NCBI GenBank assembly: GCA_002189035.1
Contig: CM007990.1
Span: forward strand, 248,001 to 312,000
Direction: 5' to 3'
Origin: Utricularia gibba
Taxonomy: Eukaryota > Plantae > Magnoliophyta
DNA: 64,000 nt
Position 1 is the stretch's first letter; the number at the start of each line of letters is the position of its first letter. The notes under the pieces are model-generated. The model did not search any database. It had not been told where the DNA came from and saw only the letters and a program-made list of their open reading frames with translations. Shown one piece after another: positions 9,879 through 22,031 of this stretch. Made by a program: the position numbers and the translations under genes.

Positions 9879-10327
9879 GGACCCCCCGGACTCCGACTCC
9901 CCCGACGGAAGGATATCTCCTGTCACCGCGCATCATCCCCATGTATCCGGAGTGCAATAAAGATGCTTGCGTCAATCTGGTGTTGTGTGTGTCCCTGTGT
10001 AATCTCCCTGGTCTGCTTTCATATGAAAAAAATGGTTTGTGTCGTGTTTCAATGCTTCCTCAACCAAACACGGCATGCATAGGATTGCAACTTAGGCCCC
10101 AATAATGCAGAATCTTGACACACACGTGAAAAAGATAGTTAACCTCTCCTTGTTCAGAAAACAAGGGTTCTACCTTCTAAAATACCTCATCAAAGCAATC
10201 GCTCAGCCCACCTCAATCACATAAACCACCCCAGATTCTTTTGATTTTAGGAAGAAGCATAGAACCCTTCTCTAACACAGAGGTTTATGTTTTGTGTGGA
10301 CGATCCTATTGTCCATTTGTATTTCAG

Positions 10328-10540
10328 TTTGGACAGCTTTTGAAAAGCTGGAACCCACGATCCTCTCGACGTTGAAAGAGCTCAGGAGTTCGATGACAAG
10401 GTGAAGGAGCTTGAAAGCATTTGCAATCCCATCATCGCCAAGGTGTACCGCGGTGGAGAAGTTCCCAGAATGGATGAACACGGCCCCGCACCTCGCAGCT
10501 CCACCCGTGGTTCTGGCCCCAAGATTGAAGAAGTTGACTA
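10328..10540 (+). pseudogene. HSP70 C-terminal gene fragment, copy B
   Basis: [24 protein letters not shown]...[10 protein letters not shown]; a 1-nt difference upstream and a 9-nt deletion relative to copy A. Confidence 0.9.
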
Positions 10541-11820
10541 AACTTCGTGACACTGCTTATGTGTGTAGCAGCCTGTAAATTACGCACGTGAACCGCTGTT
10601 GGTAGCAGCCTGTAAATTACGCACGGCTGTGGCTAGTCAACAGGGCAGCCCGACATTGATGGACGTGTAGGTAGATTTAAGTATGGTTGATAAGATGTAA
10701 TGGACCAATCCTGTCAACCCTAATTAAAATACAAAAAGATTTGGGGTTGCAGCCAAATTTGTCAAACCTAATGTATGTGTTTTATAAAAGATAATGGTTG
10801 ATAATTACAAATAAAATATTTTATTTAGAAGGTACTATAAATTGGAATTTTAATTATCATAAAAATTAGATTTAGTAATTTCATATCTCATCTTTTTAAT
10901 GAAATCATGAAATTCTTTCCTATTTAAATAATTTATATTCAAATATACATTATATTTTTCATTCGAAATAAAAAGACACCACATGTTATTTATTTAAATA
11001 TATATTTTGTATTTTCTCTAGAATACCCGTATCCATGACCCTACTTCTTGAACTTCAATTACGTACACAAATGCACCAGAGCCGTGTTTGATTTTGGTTC
11101 TTATTTATTATTTGCGATTGATTTTTATCGAAATTCCTTATATTTTGAAATTCGTTAATTTATATCATTTATAATTGTGTAATACAAATTGATAATTTTC
11201 GTCCGTTCTCATAAGAATTATCGCGGCGGCGCCCGTTGAAGCTGCCTCAGAATTGCTTTCTCCCGCCGGTGCCAAATGGCGCTTCAGGTTAATCCTTACA
11301 CGCTCCATTCTCTCGAGGCCATGCTTCGGCCTTGTCTTGTGTTGGGAATCCGATAGCCCTTCGATTCGCAACCAGATAAACCATGAGACGACGCACAGCA
11401 AGAAACAACCAGACACAGTAACGATCAGCATGTGAACAATTCGAAGCCGTTCTCCGGAAATACTCACGATTCTCACAGACTGATCGTTACTCGGCAGTTC
11501 GAAACCGAATCGGCGATCGAGAGAGAGGAGCGAACGAAATGCCCATCGCAATTTTCACGATCTCAAGAAACCCAGCGGCCAGTTCGTGCATTCCACTGTA
11601 AAGTGTCCGTTATTTTATTTTCAAAAATCAGTTTGGGCCATAAACAGCTTGTATCCGGGCCTATTAGTCTCCCGTAGCTCAATGTTCAGGGATCCGTTTT
11701 AATATGGCCCAGGCCCAACGCCTTCTTGTGCACATTCAATTGCTTTTTCAGGATTTGAATTCTTTAGAATCCCAGAATACATTTTCTGGGTATCAGGATT
11801 TTGTTCCTGTGGGTATCGCA

Positions 11821-12498
11821 ATGGAAATTGGGTTGGCTGGCCTCCAAGAAATATGCTTCATTTTGGTTCGTTGGGTTATCGCCATCAGGGAATCAGGAGG
11901 AGCCACTTTCCTGGATAGGTTTGAAAAGGAAAGTTGTTGGATTGAATGAAGAAGCATTTGGATATTGTCGTAGAACTCTGTTTAGACTTTCTCTTGCTTT
12001 ATTTTTTGTGGAATTGCGTCCCGTTAACGGAGTATCGGATTCGATGCATAAAGCAAGAGGTGTATGGGAGAGTTCCCCAGATGTAGTCAAGAGCTTCCCT
12101 TGGAACAATGCCTTGGACAAGCTCATCCATGGATCATTGACCTTGGTTTAACAGTGTTCTTATACTTTACCTAGTCCTGTTTTCGCTGTCTCCTCAGTGG
12201 AATGTCTTATTGTGCTCAGGGGGGAAAGGTGTTTCTCGTCCCATTTCTGTTCTTGCTTGGCCTTGCTGCTGCTGATATTCTTCAAGAGATGCTTATTTGG
12301 GATCCAACTTCATATCTCGAGGTGCATTCAGCTTCCCCATTTATCATCAACAACACATTTAGCAGCCTGTTGGTCGTAGTGAAGAATGAACAAGCATCAC
12401 ATGGTCAAGGGAGCGCTCTGCAGAATCATGTTCTCTATGTTTTTGTGGCTCAAAGTACCTCGGCATCATCCAGCACAAGCTGTGATCAAGAATTCTAA
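11821..12498 (+). pseudogene. Degraded homolog of a conserved plastid membrane protein (EMB1273-like)
   Basis: Fragments VWESSPDVVKSFPWNNALDKLI, MSYCAQGGKVFLVPFLFLLGLAAADILQE and HMVKGALCRIMFSMFLW lie in different frames with several indels; the intervening VPWHL..PGPYYPYWGR segment recalled for this family is not visible. Family name is from memory. Confidence 0.55.
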
Positions 12499-12849
12499 AC
12501 CAGGTGAAGCCACACTCTGTGACTTGAGGAGGCCTTTTTTTTGTTGCAAAATGGACATGTATATCAGTAGATATGCAATGAAGTTGCTTTTCAAAAGCAG
12601 TGTGAATATTATATTATAAAGCGCATATTATTTTGTAGAGGGCGGTGGCTTGCTACGCGCCAATGTCAAAACTCGGCTGTGTTGCGTGAGATTCTTTTAG
12701 CTTTCCAGTTGTTTCCTGCATCTCCATTCTTCAACCATCCCATCCGTCATCTCTTTTCCATCTATTCCTGCATCAGGGGCTGTTCATCATTTGTTGTATG
12801 TTCACACCAGAGCAGCTTACATAGGAATATACACCGGGTTCAAGAAAAC

Positions 12850-14031
12850 ATGGGATCTCCTGTCTCGCCGGAGCTCAACTTGGGCTCCGATCGGCCGCTT
12901 GAGAAATGGGTTCTCGGCGCCGACACCCGGAAATCTTCGAATCTTCAAGATTACGTTGCTCGGCTTCAGGATGAGATGAAAAAGATTGAAGCTTTCGAGC
13001 GGGAGCTACCTCTTTGCATGCTCCTTGTGAAGGATGGTGAGCCCAAAAGAGAATTCTTTTTCTTCTCTATTCGTTGATTTTCTGGGATTTGCGAGTGGAC
13101 ACAGAGAGTATGATTTGTAACTTGAGGGGTTTGTATTTGCAGAGATTGCGAGACTGAGCAAGGAGGCGGAGAAATCTAATTGTAACCACCCAGCACTCGA
13201 GTTCTTACCACTGAAAACGGGTCAATTTGAGAAGACTGTCGAGGTTACAGAAAAGGAAAACAGGGACAAATTAAACTGGATGAGTTCTGTGCAGCTGTGG
13301 AACTGTGGGGATCATCAGATTCATGACTCTACCAGCAACAAGGTAATCAAAAGGCAGTTAACTTTTCTGGGGCATTTTCTCTGATTAACCAGTCCTTCTC
13401 TGTTCTTGAGTCGCAGAAAGGGGTTGATGATTCCGATGTTCTCCAAGGGAACTCCAAGAATAGTGAAACACCCTTGCTTTCTCTTTGCATTTCTGGTTCC
13501 AGCCCCAGGTCCAGTTCAGCAACATCTTCTGCAACTGATGCTAAGCTCAACCCACGAATTTCAAGGAAAGTAAGGAGGTGCTGGTCGACTGAGCTGCACC
13601 GCCGATTTATCCACGCCCTGCAGCAGCTCGGCGGAGCTCAAGGTCTCATCACAAGCTTCCTACTTGTTAAAGAATTCCCAGTTTTGCATATGTCAAATCC
13701 ATGTTCATGGTCATCCCCTTGCAGCTGCTACTCCTAAGCAGATCAGGGAGCTGATGCAAGTAGACGGCCTCACCAACGATGAGGTCAAGAGCCATCTTCA
13801 GGTTCGTCTAGCCCTGTTTCCTCCCCCCGATTCATCGCATCTCTTCTCATCAAACTGCATTGATCACCGCAGAAGTACCGGGTTCATGTCCGAAGAGGTT
13901 CTGCGTCCAAGGACCCATACTACGACTCCACAAAGAGGACCAAGACACAGTCCCTTCTTCCCTTGGTTCCCGAATCATCCACCCCAGAAGACAAAGAAGA
14001 AGATGACACTTCCGAAATCCACAACCAGTAA
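12850..14031 (+). CDS. GARP/G2-like MYB transcription factor, HRS1/HHO/NIGT1 family (5 exons)
   Basis: N-terminal [32 protein letters not shown], and DNA-binding domain [52 protein letters not shown]; canonical GT-AG introns. Confidence 0.93.
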
Positions 14032-15334
14032 CCCTTTCATAACACCCCACAAACAGCAATATTCGATAGACTTTTTGCACCCGTCAGGCAACAAACCACT
14101 CTAACCTAAGCCATTCCCCTTGTTTCATGGCTTTCATCCCATCGATTTCTGCTACATTTTTCAGGTTCAGTAACTCCCTCGGAAACCATTATACTGCTTA
14201 TGTGTATTCCTTAGGATTCTAAATGAAAACGCATTCGCGCGTCATGATTCGATGATAAACTGTGAACATGTTGAGACATGTTGGTAGGTGGATAAGTCTG
14301 TTGACAATGAATGCTGGAAAAGATATCTCTGGTTTCCCATTTCCTCCCATGGATAAGATAAAGATGGAGAGTCTGCAGATATTTAATATATATTAATTAT
14401 AAATTTGTCCATTTTCATCGCATTTTATTTATAAAGTATTATAATTAAGATTTTTTGAATCATATTCTCTATCCAACAAATTCTAATTATATAAAATTCA
14501 TATGATTCCGTCATTCCGTGCACTGAGAAAATTCTAATCAAACAAAACCTCTTGGGATCCGTGAGAATCTCAAAATATTATTTTATTAATTTTTTTCATT
14601 AAACCCATTTTAAAAATATTATAATTGGAACCCTAAAATAGTATTCAAAACTGAAAAAGATACGATAAATAGAATAAATGATAAAAAAATGGATTCGGTG
14701 GCTATAGCATGAGGATGCTAGCCCACAATTCTAGTGTGCATTATAGTATTTTATGTTGAATTAATGCGAAAAAACATTATATTATATGATCAAACGTGGT
14801 TTGAAGAAGAATGGGTCAACCCGAGAATCAAAATCCAATCCGCCTCCTCATTGTAGGGTCAAATCAAGACCCGATTTTGATATTCGCCATATTGAGGGTT
14901 AGATTGAAGGAATACAAATAGAATTTTTATTCTAATTTTTTAATTTATTTTATAAAATTATACTTGACTTTTTTGTATTGGATTTGGGCCGTAGGAGATT
15001 GTTGGAGAAAGGAATGGGCTTCTGGGCCTGCTGTGATTTGAAATCTTTGGGGTAAATTTGCAATAATGGAGGAATGCAGGGACGCAACAGATGGAATAAC
15101 TAAAAGTAGGGAGGCGCACGTTAGTCGTGCCTGCGTAATTTTGACGCTGGGATCGGAGCAGGGGTACAGCGACGGCTCTGATACGTCGGAATTCGTACGC
15201 ATACAGAAGCCTGGCTGGTGTAGTCTGACTCTGAAATCTCTCCCTCTAGAGCCTTCTTCTCCTCCTACATTACTCAAATTGGTTTGCCGAGGCCCGCGAC
15301 GGTTATTGGTGAGTGGTGGTGACGGAAGACGATC

Positions 15335-17509
15335 ATGAGGCCTCGCTGCTTTCTCGACATCCGTATCGGAGATGAACTAGAGGGAAGAATTGTCGTTGAA
15401 CTGTACAATGATGTGGTCCCCAAAACCGTGGAGAATTTCAGGGCACTTTGTACTGGAGAAAAAGGGATTGGCCCAAATACTGGCGTGCCGCTGCATTTCA
15501 AGGTTCTCCCTTTTGTGCCAAGTTTCTGCTCCTTACTATGATCTTTTGCAGGGAACCGGGGAGTTCAGTTTTTTAGAGGACAACCTTTTTTTGCCCAATT
15601 TGCTGTTTCTTCGTCTTTTGGTCCTTGGAAGAATGAATACTGCATTTATTTTTGTCCTAACTAGAGTTACTAAAATGCACGAAGAAGGAATGTCTTGTAG
15701 TTGAGTTCGGGATTGCCCCATTGCTACTTTGTGTTGATTGATGCTCATGTGAGAAAAAAAAAGGAAGAGTTCCTTTTACCTTCCACCTTGAGTTTACTGT
15801 TGATTGATGAAATAATGGCTGAATGTTTGAGCGGTTTGTTGTCTCAGGGATCCTGTTTTCATCGGGTGATTAAAGGTTTTATGGTACAAGGTGGGGATAT
15901 TTCTGCTGGTGATGGGACTGGTGGGGAATCCATTTACGGGCTTAAATTCGAAGATGAGAACTTTGAGTTGAAACATGAAAGGAAGGGCATGTTGTCCATG
16001 GCTAATGCTGGTCCCAATACCAATGGTTCCCAATTTTTCATCACAACTACTCGGACAGCTCATCTGGATGGGAAGCATGTTGTGTTTGGAAAGGTCATCA
16101 AAGGCATGGGTGTTGTTCGATCCATCGAGCATGTCTCCACCAGAGAAAGTGACCGCCCTGCAGCTGATATTGTTATTTATGACTGTGGCGAGATTCTGGA
16201 GGGAGTGGATGATGGTACAGTAAACTTTTTCAAGGATGGTGATCTATATGCTGACTGGCCTGCTGATCTAGAGGAAAATCCCAGCGACCTAGCTTGGTGG
16301 ATCGAAGCTGTGGAGTCAATAAAGGGATATGGAAATGCGTACTTCAAGGTATTTCTTGGCTGAAAAAAAACTGGATAACCAGATAATCACGTACCTTTAC
16401 TTTTCTTTATTCTTTTGTTGAGTTACTGTCTTAAGTATGCGCTATCTATAGAAACAAGATTATAAGATGGCTCTTCGAAAATACCGAAAGGCTCTTTGCT
16501 ATTTGGATGTGTGTTGGGAGAAGGAAGGGATTGATGAAGGTAGTCATGGTGTTCTCTCTCACTTCCCATACCTGTTTAGAAAAGTGTCTAATGTTCTTCT
16601 CATTTCTATCACCTTGTCTTTGCAGATAAGAGTGCATATTTGAGAAAGATGAAATCGCAGATATTTACAAACAGCTCTGTAAGTTTTCAATTCCATGCAT
16701 TTGGGAAAGTACTGCATTTTCCTCTCCATAATCATCACATTTGTCGTTTTATTCTTTGTAATATGTGATGCTACAAAGGCATGCCTTCAAGTGACCGATT
16801 TTTTTGATATTTATCCTTGTTTAGGCTTGCAAATTGAAATTAGGAGACTTGAAAGGAGCCATTATGGACACAGAGGTTGCCATTCGAGATGGTGAAAACA
16901 ATGCAAAGGCATTATATCGACAGGGCCAGGTTGTTGTTCTTTCTTTACTTCTCTTCGCCTGGACTCTCATGAAAATTGCCTTTATATTACATACTTTATA
17001 CCAATTCTGTCAACTTGACTCCCCGTACATTCCAGTGCTGGACCTAGTGGTAGGACACTAACTTTTTCTGAACTGATTATGTGCCAACTCTGAAATGATC
17101 AGGCATATTTAGCTCTCAATGACATAGATGGTGCAGTGGAGAGTTTCAGGAAGGCATTGGTATTTGAACCTAATGATGGTTAGCAATGACTTATGCTTCT
17201 TTTTTGTCTTCCACTGTACTCTACTGTTTCATTTTAGAAATGATCAGGCATATTTAGCTCTCAATGATATTGCAGCTTACTTGAAGCACTCTACTGTTTA
17301 CCGACCCCTCTGACCTCAACCTGACCTACTGATCTCTGTTTCTGCAGGCGCTATTCAGAAGGAGCTTGCTGCTGCTAAGAAGAAGGTATATATGCCAAGT
17401 ATGACTAAATGCACCCCACCCTTGAATGTATTTTGATGGCTTTCATTATCAGATTGCGGATAGACGCAAGCAGGAGAAAAAAGCATTCTCCAAGATGTTC
17501 CAGTCCTAA
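15335..17509 (+). CDS. CYP40: Peptidyl-prolyl isomerase cyclophilin 40 (cyclophilin + TPR domains)
   Basis: [56 protein letters not shown] exons ([19 protein letters not shown]) and end [11 protein letters not shown]. Confidence 0.96.
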
Positions 17510-18119
17510 CATCAACAGTGGCGTAAGATCATTCTCCTTGACATGTCATTCAACTTTGGCCATCAAGATACGTCCATGCTCAGTTCCTCAATGGATATTC
17601 ATATGTTCCCTGTGGTGATTCAGGTCAAATGGTTCATGCTCCCGTTGGCTGTTTTGCAAGGGGTGCTTCGACATTTCTTTCCATGCTACCCATCTTGCGC
17701 CACAAGGAATGAACCGTTGCTTCTGTATGCCCTTTTACCATAGTTGATATCTCTATTTCATTTGACAGACACTGATCCTCCTATCATCACATTCTCTGCC
17801 TGGTATTAATGATTCTTGAGATGAGGTGAGACTCTTTTTGTACCGGAATGCCGAACATTCTGTAACCAGTTTGTGGAGACTACTAGATCCTGCTTCGTCT
17901 ATTCTACCAGTTTGCAGAAGCTCTACTGCTCTAAATGTCTATGCAAGTTCTGTCAGGGGAGAGGTGGGGTGGGATGTGTAATTATGATAAAGTATCGGGG
18001 CCTTAATGTAGTTTTCAAAACTAGGGGTACTACAAATTGAAAAAACAACATCCATCCGGTCAGGGTTTTGGATGAAGCGCGAAGCTTCTGTGGCGATGGT
18101 GGCGGAGTGCCCATCGTAA

Positions 18120-18188
18120 ATGATGGGCCACAGAAGAGCACTTGTACGCGCCTTGCATAATCTTAATCTGCAGCCGAGGTCTGTGGAA

Positions 18189-18224
<36 letters not shown>

Positions 18225-20446
18225 ATCTTTCCTTCGCCGCCGGACACTGTTCTTGTTGACAGAGTCATATCGATACTCAGAAATGGGCGGTCCTCGCAGC
18301 TTGAGCCCTTGAGGGCTCAATTTTCTCACGAGTCCGCCTCTTATTTGCTCCTCCGTTCTCAAAATAGCCAAGAACTGATATTGAAATTCTTCAATTGGGC
18401 TCGTGAATTGCCATTCTTCCGTGATCAGCTTCAATGCTGCTGTTTGTGTATTCACATCCTTACGCGGCACAAGCTTTACAAAGTCGCTCAGTCGTTTGCA
18501 GAAGAAGTCGCTCTGCGCTTTCCTGAGGATGAAAATGGGGATTTGGTGTTTTCATGCCTCAAGGATACATACCAATCATGCAATTCCAGTTCGGGGGTGT
18601 TTGATTTGGTGGTGAAAGCGTATTCGAATTTGAGATTGATTGACAGGGCAATGAATATGATCAGCATAGCCATATATCATGGTTTCATGCCAAGTGCATT
18701 GTCCTATAACGCAGTTATCGAGGCGATCGTCAGAAATGCGTCTCCTGGGAACTGTGAATCGGCTAGAGATGTGTATCATGATATGATGGAAAAGGGAGTT
18801 ACCCCTAATGTGTTTACCTACAATGTGCTCATCAGAGGGCTGTGTGCAAACAAAGAAATGGATGAGGGATTGTCTTTCTTTGCAAAAATGGAGAAAAATG
18901 GATGTCTGCCTAATGTTGTTACCTATAACACAGTGATTAATGCTTATTGCCAGTCGAGGAAGATCGATGAGGCTTACGAACTGATGAGACAGATGTGGGA
19001 AAAAGGTTTGAAGCCGAATTTGATCACCTACAATGTGATGATAAACGCACTGTGCAGAGAGGGAAGAATCAAGGAGACAGATGAGGTTTTGGTTGAGATG
19101 AAGGGTGTAGGCTTGGTTCCTGATGAAGTCACATATAATACCCTTGTTAATGGGTACTGTAAGGAGGGCAATTTTCATCAGGCCCTTGCTTTACATGCAG
19201 AGATGTTAAGGAATGGATTATCACCAAGTGTGGTGACTTACACCACTCTGATTAGCAGTTTGTGTAAAGCAGGGAATTTGCACCGTGCCATGGGTTTCTT
19301 TGACCAGATGCAGGTTAGAGGATTGAAACCGAATGAGAGGACGTATACAACTTTGATTGATGGATTTTGTCAACAGGGGTTCATGGATGAAGCCTACAAG
19401 CTTATTGAAGAAATGAGTTCTAGGGGCTTTTCACCATCCATTGTGACATACAATGCATTGATTAATGGACAATGTCAGTCTGGAAGGGTTTATGATGCCT
19501 TAGATTTGATCCAAGGTATGGCAGAGAAAGGGCTGTGTCCTGATGTCATAAGTTATAGTACCATCATCAAGGGTTTCTGTAGGAATCTTGATTTAGATAA
19601 AGCATTTCAAGTGAAGGACGACATGTCCCAGAAAGGAATTCTTCCAGATGCCATTACATATTCGTCGTTGATTGAAGGACTTTGCGGGCTGAGGAGATTG
19701 GACGAAGCAGTTGAGTTATTCAAGGAGATGAGTAGATCAGGTTTGCTGCCTGATAAGTGTACATACACTACGCTGATCAACGCACATTGTGCTGAAAATG
19801 GCATCCGGCATGCGATTGCTCTACTCAACGAAATGATCACCAAAGGTTTGTTTCCAGATATTGTGACATACAATGTGCTGATACACGGGATAAACAAGCA
19901 GTCTCGCAGCAAGGAAGCCAACCGATTACTCTTCAAACTGCTACATGATCTGCCTGGTCCTGATAATGTCACCCACGATTTTCTCATAGAAAGCTGTAGA
20001 AAATGTGGATTCCAGGGAGCAGCAGCCCTCATTAAGGGATTCTGCATGAACGGACTGATGAATGAAGCAGAGCAAGTTTTCCAGGCAATGCTGGAGAGCA
20101 ACCACAAGCCCAGTGAAGTAGTTTATAACATTCTGATGCAGGGCCATTGCAAAGATGGAAACCTGCAAAAGGCCAGGGATCTTTACATGGGAATGCTGGA
20201 GAATGGATGTGTGGTTCATGCTGCAGCGATTATTGCTTTTATCAAAGAACTGCATAAAGCAGGCATGACGGAAGAGATCGGCCAAGTTCTAATGGAAACA
20301 TTAAGAAACTGCAAAATCATCGATGCTGACCCTGCAAAAATCCTTATTGATGTCAATTACAAGGAGGGAATGTAGATGCGGTGCTTGACATCATCACAGA
20401 CATGGCCAAAGAAGGGCTTCTTCCCCATGAAACAAGGCTCACCTAG
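18120..20446 (+). CDS. P-class pentatricopeptide repeat protein, At5g39710/EMB2745-like (single exon; 1-nt shortfall near 20368)
   Basis: 751-aa ORF with tandem PPR motifs (PNVFTYNVLIRG, PNVVTYNTVINAYC, PDEVTYNTLVNGYCKEGNFHQAL); adding one base restores NVDAVLDIITDMAKEGLLP.. to the stop at 20446. Confidence 0.93.
18189..18223 (+). repeat. (CCG)n trinucleotide tract encoding poly-Pro in the PPR N-terminus
   Basis: gccgccgccg... about 11 units, translated ESPPPPPPPPPPPIF. Confidence 0.95.
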
Positions 20447-20799
20447 AGGGAGAAAAACACACGGGCGCGTCAGGTGCTTCACAACTTTAATTCGAATGTG
20501 TATTATTTTTTTTAATTTTTTTAAGTATTATTATGATCATTGAAATTTCTCTAATATATTTTTATTAAACGTATTCATATTTGTAGTAGGTAAGCATTAA
20601 AATGAAGGATGTCTATATTTTCATGATGAAGACGTTGTTGTGGTTGGTTTATTTGTTTTTTTTTCAAAAAAATTATATTTAATTTGTCTTTTGACTTATA
20701 TTAGTGTCTGATTTTTCTAAAAAGGTGTAGTCCGCACACCCCATGTGCTACAAAAGGAAAAGGTGAAGCCTCTGCGAGATTGGTGTCCGCAGTTCCGCC

Positions 20800-21780
20800 A
20801 TGATTACTTGCAAGGTAGCCTTCATCATTGTGTTGTTGATTCAGGTATCAAGAGCGGAGAGCTCGGGGAATGGCGTTCTCTACGATCTGTATCCGTTCGT
20901 GAGAGTGTACAGAAACGGCACCGTCGAGAGATTCTTCGGCACGGAATCTGTGGCGGCAGGGGTGGATCCGGCCACAGGAGTTCGCTCCAAGGATGTGAAA
21001 TTTTCGCAGAATCCCAATCTTTCGGCCAGGATTTACCTGCCGGAGAAGGTGAGGGTTTCAAAGAAGCTTCCTCTTCTCGTCTACATCCACGGTGGGGCAT
21101 TCTTCACCGGATCCGCCTCCGACCTAAACCACCACCGCTACCTCAACTCCCTCGTTGACTACGCCGGAGTGCTCGCCGTCTCCGTGAACTACCGTCTTGC
21201 CCCGGAGTACCCACTCCCCGCCGGGTTTCAAGACTCCTGGCTCGCGCTAAAATGGGTCATCTCCCACTTCCGAAGAGGCACCGGAAAAGATCCATGGCTG
21301 CGTTACTACGCCGACCCCCAGCGGATCTTCCTCGGCGGCGATAGCGCCGGCGCCACTCTCGCACATAACATGGCGATTCGAATCGGGGTTGAGAACCCGA
21401 ACCCGGGTGTGAAGTTCAGGGGAATGTTTCTCAACTGCCCGTTCTTCGCCGGGCAGAACACGGCGGCCGAGGTAGGCGCAGTTTGGGGCCACGCATACCC
21501 GAACAGCAAGAACGGATTGAATAACCCGTTGATAAACCCCGGTATGGACCCAAATCTGAAACTCGTCGGAGTACCGAGCGTGGTGGTTTTCGTCGCCGGG
21601 GATGACCCGCTGAAAGGTACTGGCTTGGAGTACGGGAGGAGTCTGGTGGCGAGTGGATGGAAAGGGCAAGTCCTGGACGTGGATTACCCAGGGGAACCTC
21701 ATGCCTTCAATTTGAATCAGCCGAACTCCGAAGACGCCTTCAATATGCGCAACATCACGGCTGGGTTTCTCAACTCCTGA
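20800..21780 (+). CDS. Carboxylesterase (CXE, alpha/beta-hydrolase 3 family) with N-terminal signal peptide
   Basis: Intronless 326 aa; HGGAF oxyanion motif, GDSAG nucleophile, AGDDPL Asp, EPHAF His; N-terminus MITCKVAFIIVLLIQVSRA is hydrophobic and signal-like. Confidence 0.93.
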   Translation: MITCKVAFIIVLLIQVSRAESSGNGVLYDLYPFVRVYRNGTVERFFGTESVAAGVDPATGVRSKDVKFSQNPNLSARIYLPEKVRVSKKLPLLVYIHGGAFFTGSASDLNHHRYLNSLVDYAGVLAVSVNYRLAPEYPLPAGFQDSWLALKWVISHFRRGTGKDPWLRYYADPQRIFLGGDSAGATLAHNMAIRIGVENPNPGVKFRGMFLNCPFFAGQNTAAEVGAVWGHAYPNSKNGLNNPLINPGMDPNLKLVGVPSVVVFVAGDDPLKGTGLEYGRSLVASGWKGQVLDVDYPGEPHAFNLNQPNSEDAFNMRNITAGFLNS

Positions 21781-22031
21781 GCAGTTCGTGTGCCCGGACG
21801 CAGCAACTCGAGTAATAATTCTATAAGCAAATCATCACTGTCATGTGTAATGTTGTCTTGCCACCAAGTGGGCATCCACAAGTTCTAATTCATCTTGGTT
21901 ACCTCGAACTGGGGAGACCATCGTGGATTTTCGTACATATTTGGCTCTATATTCTCAACTTCCTTCTTCGTAAGGTGTCTGGTGGTTCATTCAAGTAACT
22001 GACTTTATTTTGTGCACACTGGGCTTCGCCT

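Larger units (their letters stand above)
9286..10706 (+). repeat. Segmental duplication copy B (partner of 1145-2553)
   Basis: Same sequence as copy A; carries an extra local duplication of gtagcagcctgtaaattacgcacg (10565-10588 and 10602-10625). Confidence 0.97.
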
